A stretch of DNA of 64,000 nucleotides from Lama guanicoe (taxonomy: Eukaryota). Every line of letters begins with the position of its first letter. The stretch's first letter is position 1. Both the position numbers and the translations under genes were made by a program. Below are positions 63,970 through 64,000 of the stretch, one piece after another. Below the pieces are notes generated by a model, which ran no database searches, had not been told where the DNA came from, and saw only the letters and a program-made list of their open reading frames with translations. The stretch is from contig MU054187.1 of the NCBI GenBank assembly GCA_013239625.1, forward strand, positions 19,932,897 to 19,996,896. The letters run 5' to 3'.

Positions 63970-64000
63970 GAGTTCGCTGTATTTGTTTTATGTTGCTATA

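Overview
AT-rich, CpG-depleted mammalian non-coding DNA, most likely camelid (alpaca/vicuna/camel). The assignment rests on three short tRNA-derived SINEs resembling the camelid vic-1 type. I found no convincing protein-coding exon, tRNA, rRNA or CRISPR array. The only recognisable protein-like ORFs are LINE-1 ORF2 remnants. Much of the window is transposon debris: young and old L1, solo LTRs (ERV1-like, several with 4-bp TSDs, plus MLT1/MLT2), L2, MIR, hAT MITEs and microsatellites. Most long L1 pieces lie on the minus strand, which hints at an intron of a plus-strand gene (inference). Three things are not explained by this background. (1) A ~520-bp CpG-undepleted, non-repeat segment at ~38501-39020 abruptly replaces the 3' end of an MLT1 LTR and has only weak, unverified viral-protein resemblance. 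(2) A perfect 27-bp-arm inverted repeat lies at 43595-43675. (3) A GC-rich, apparently CpG-decayed orphan segment lies at ~24680-25205. Repeat subfamily names were assigned by eye from recalled consensus features, not by database search, and old-repeat boundaries are approximate.
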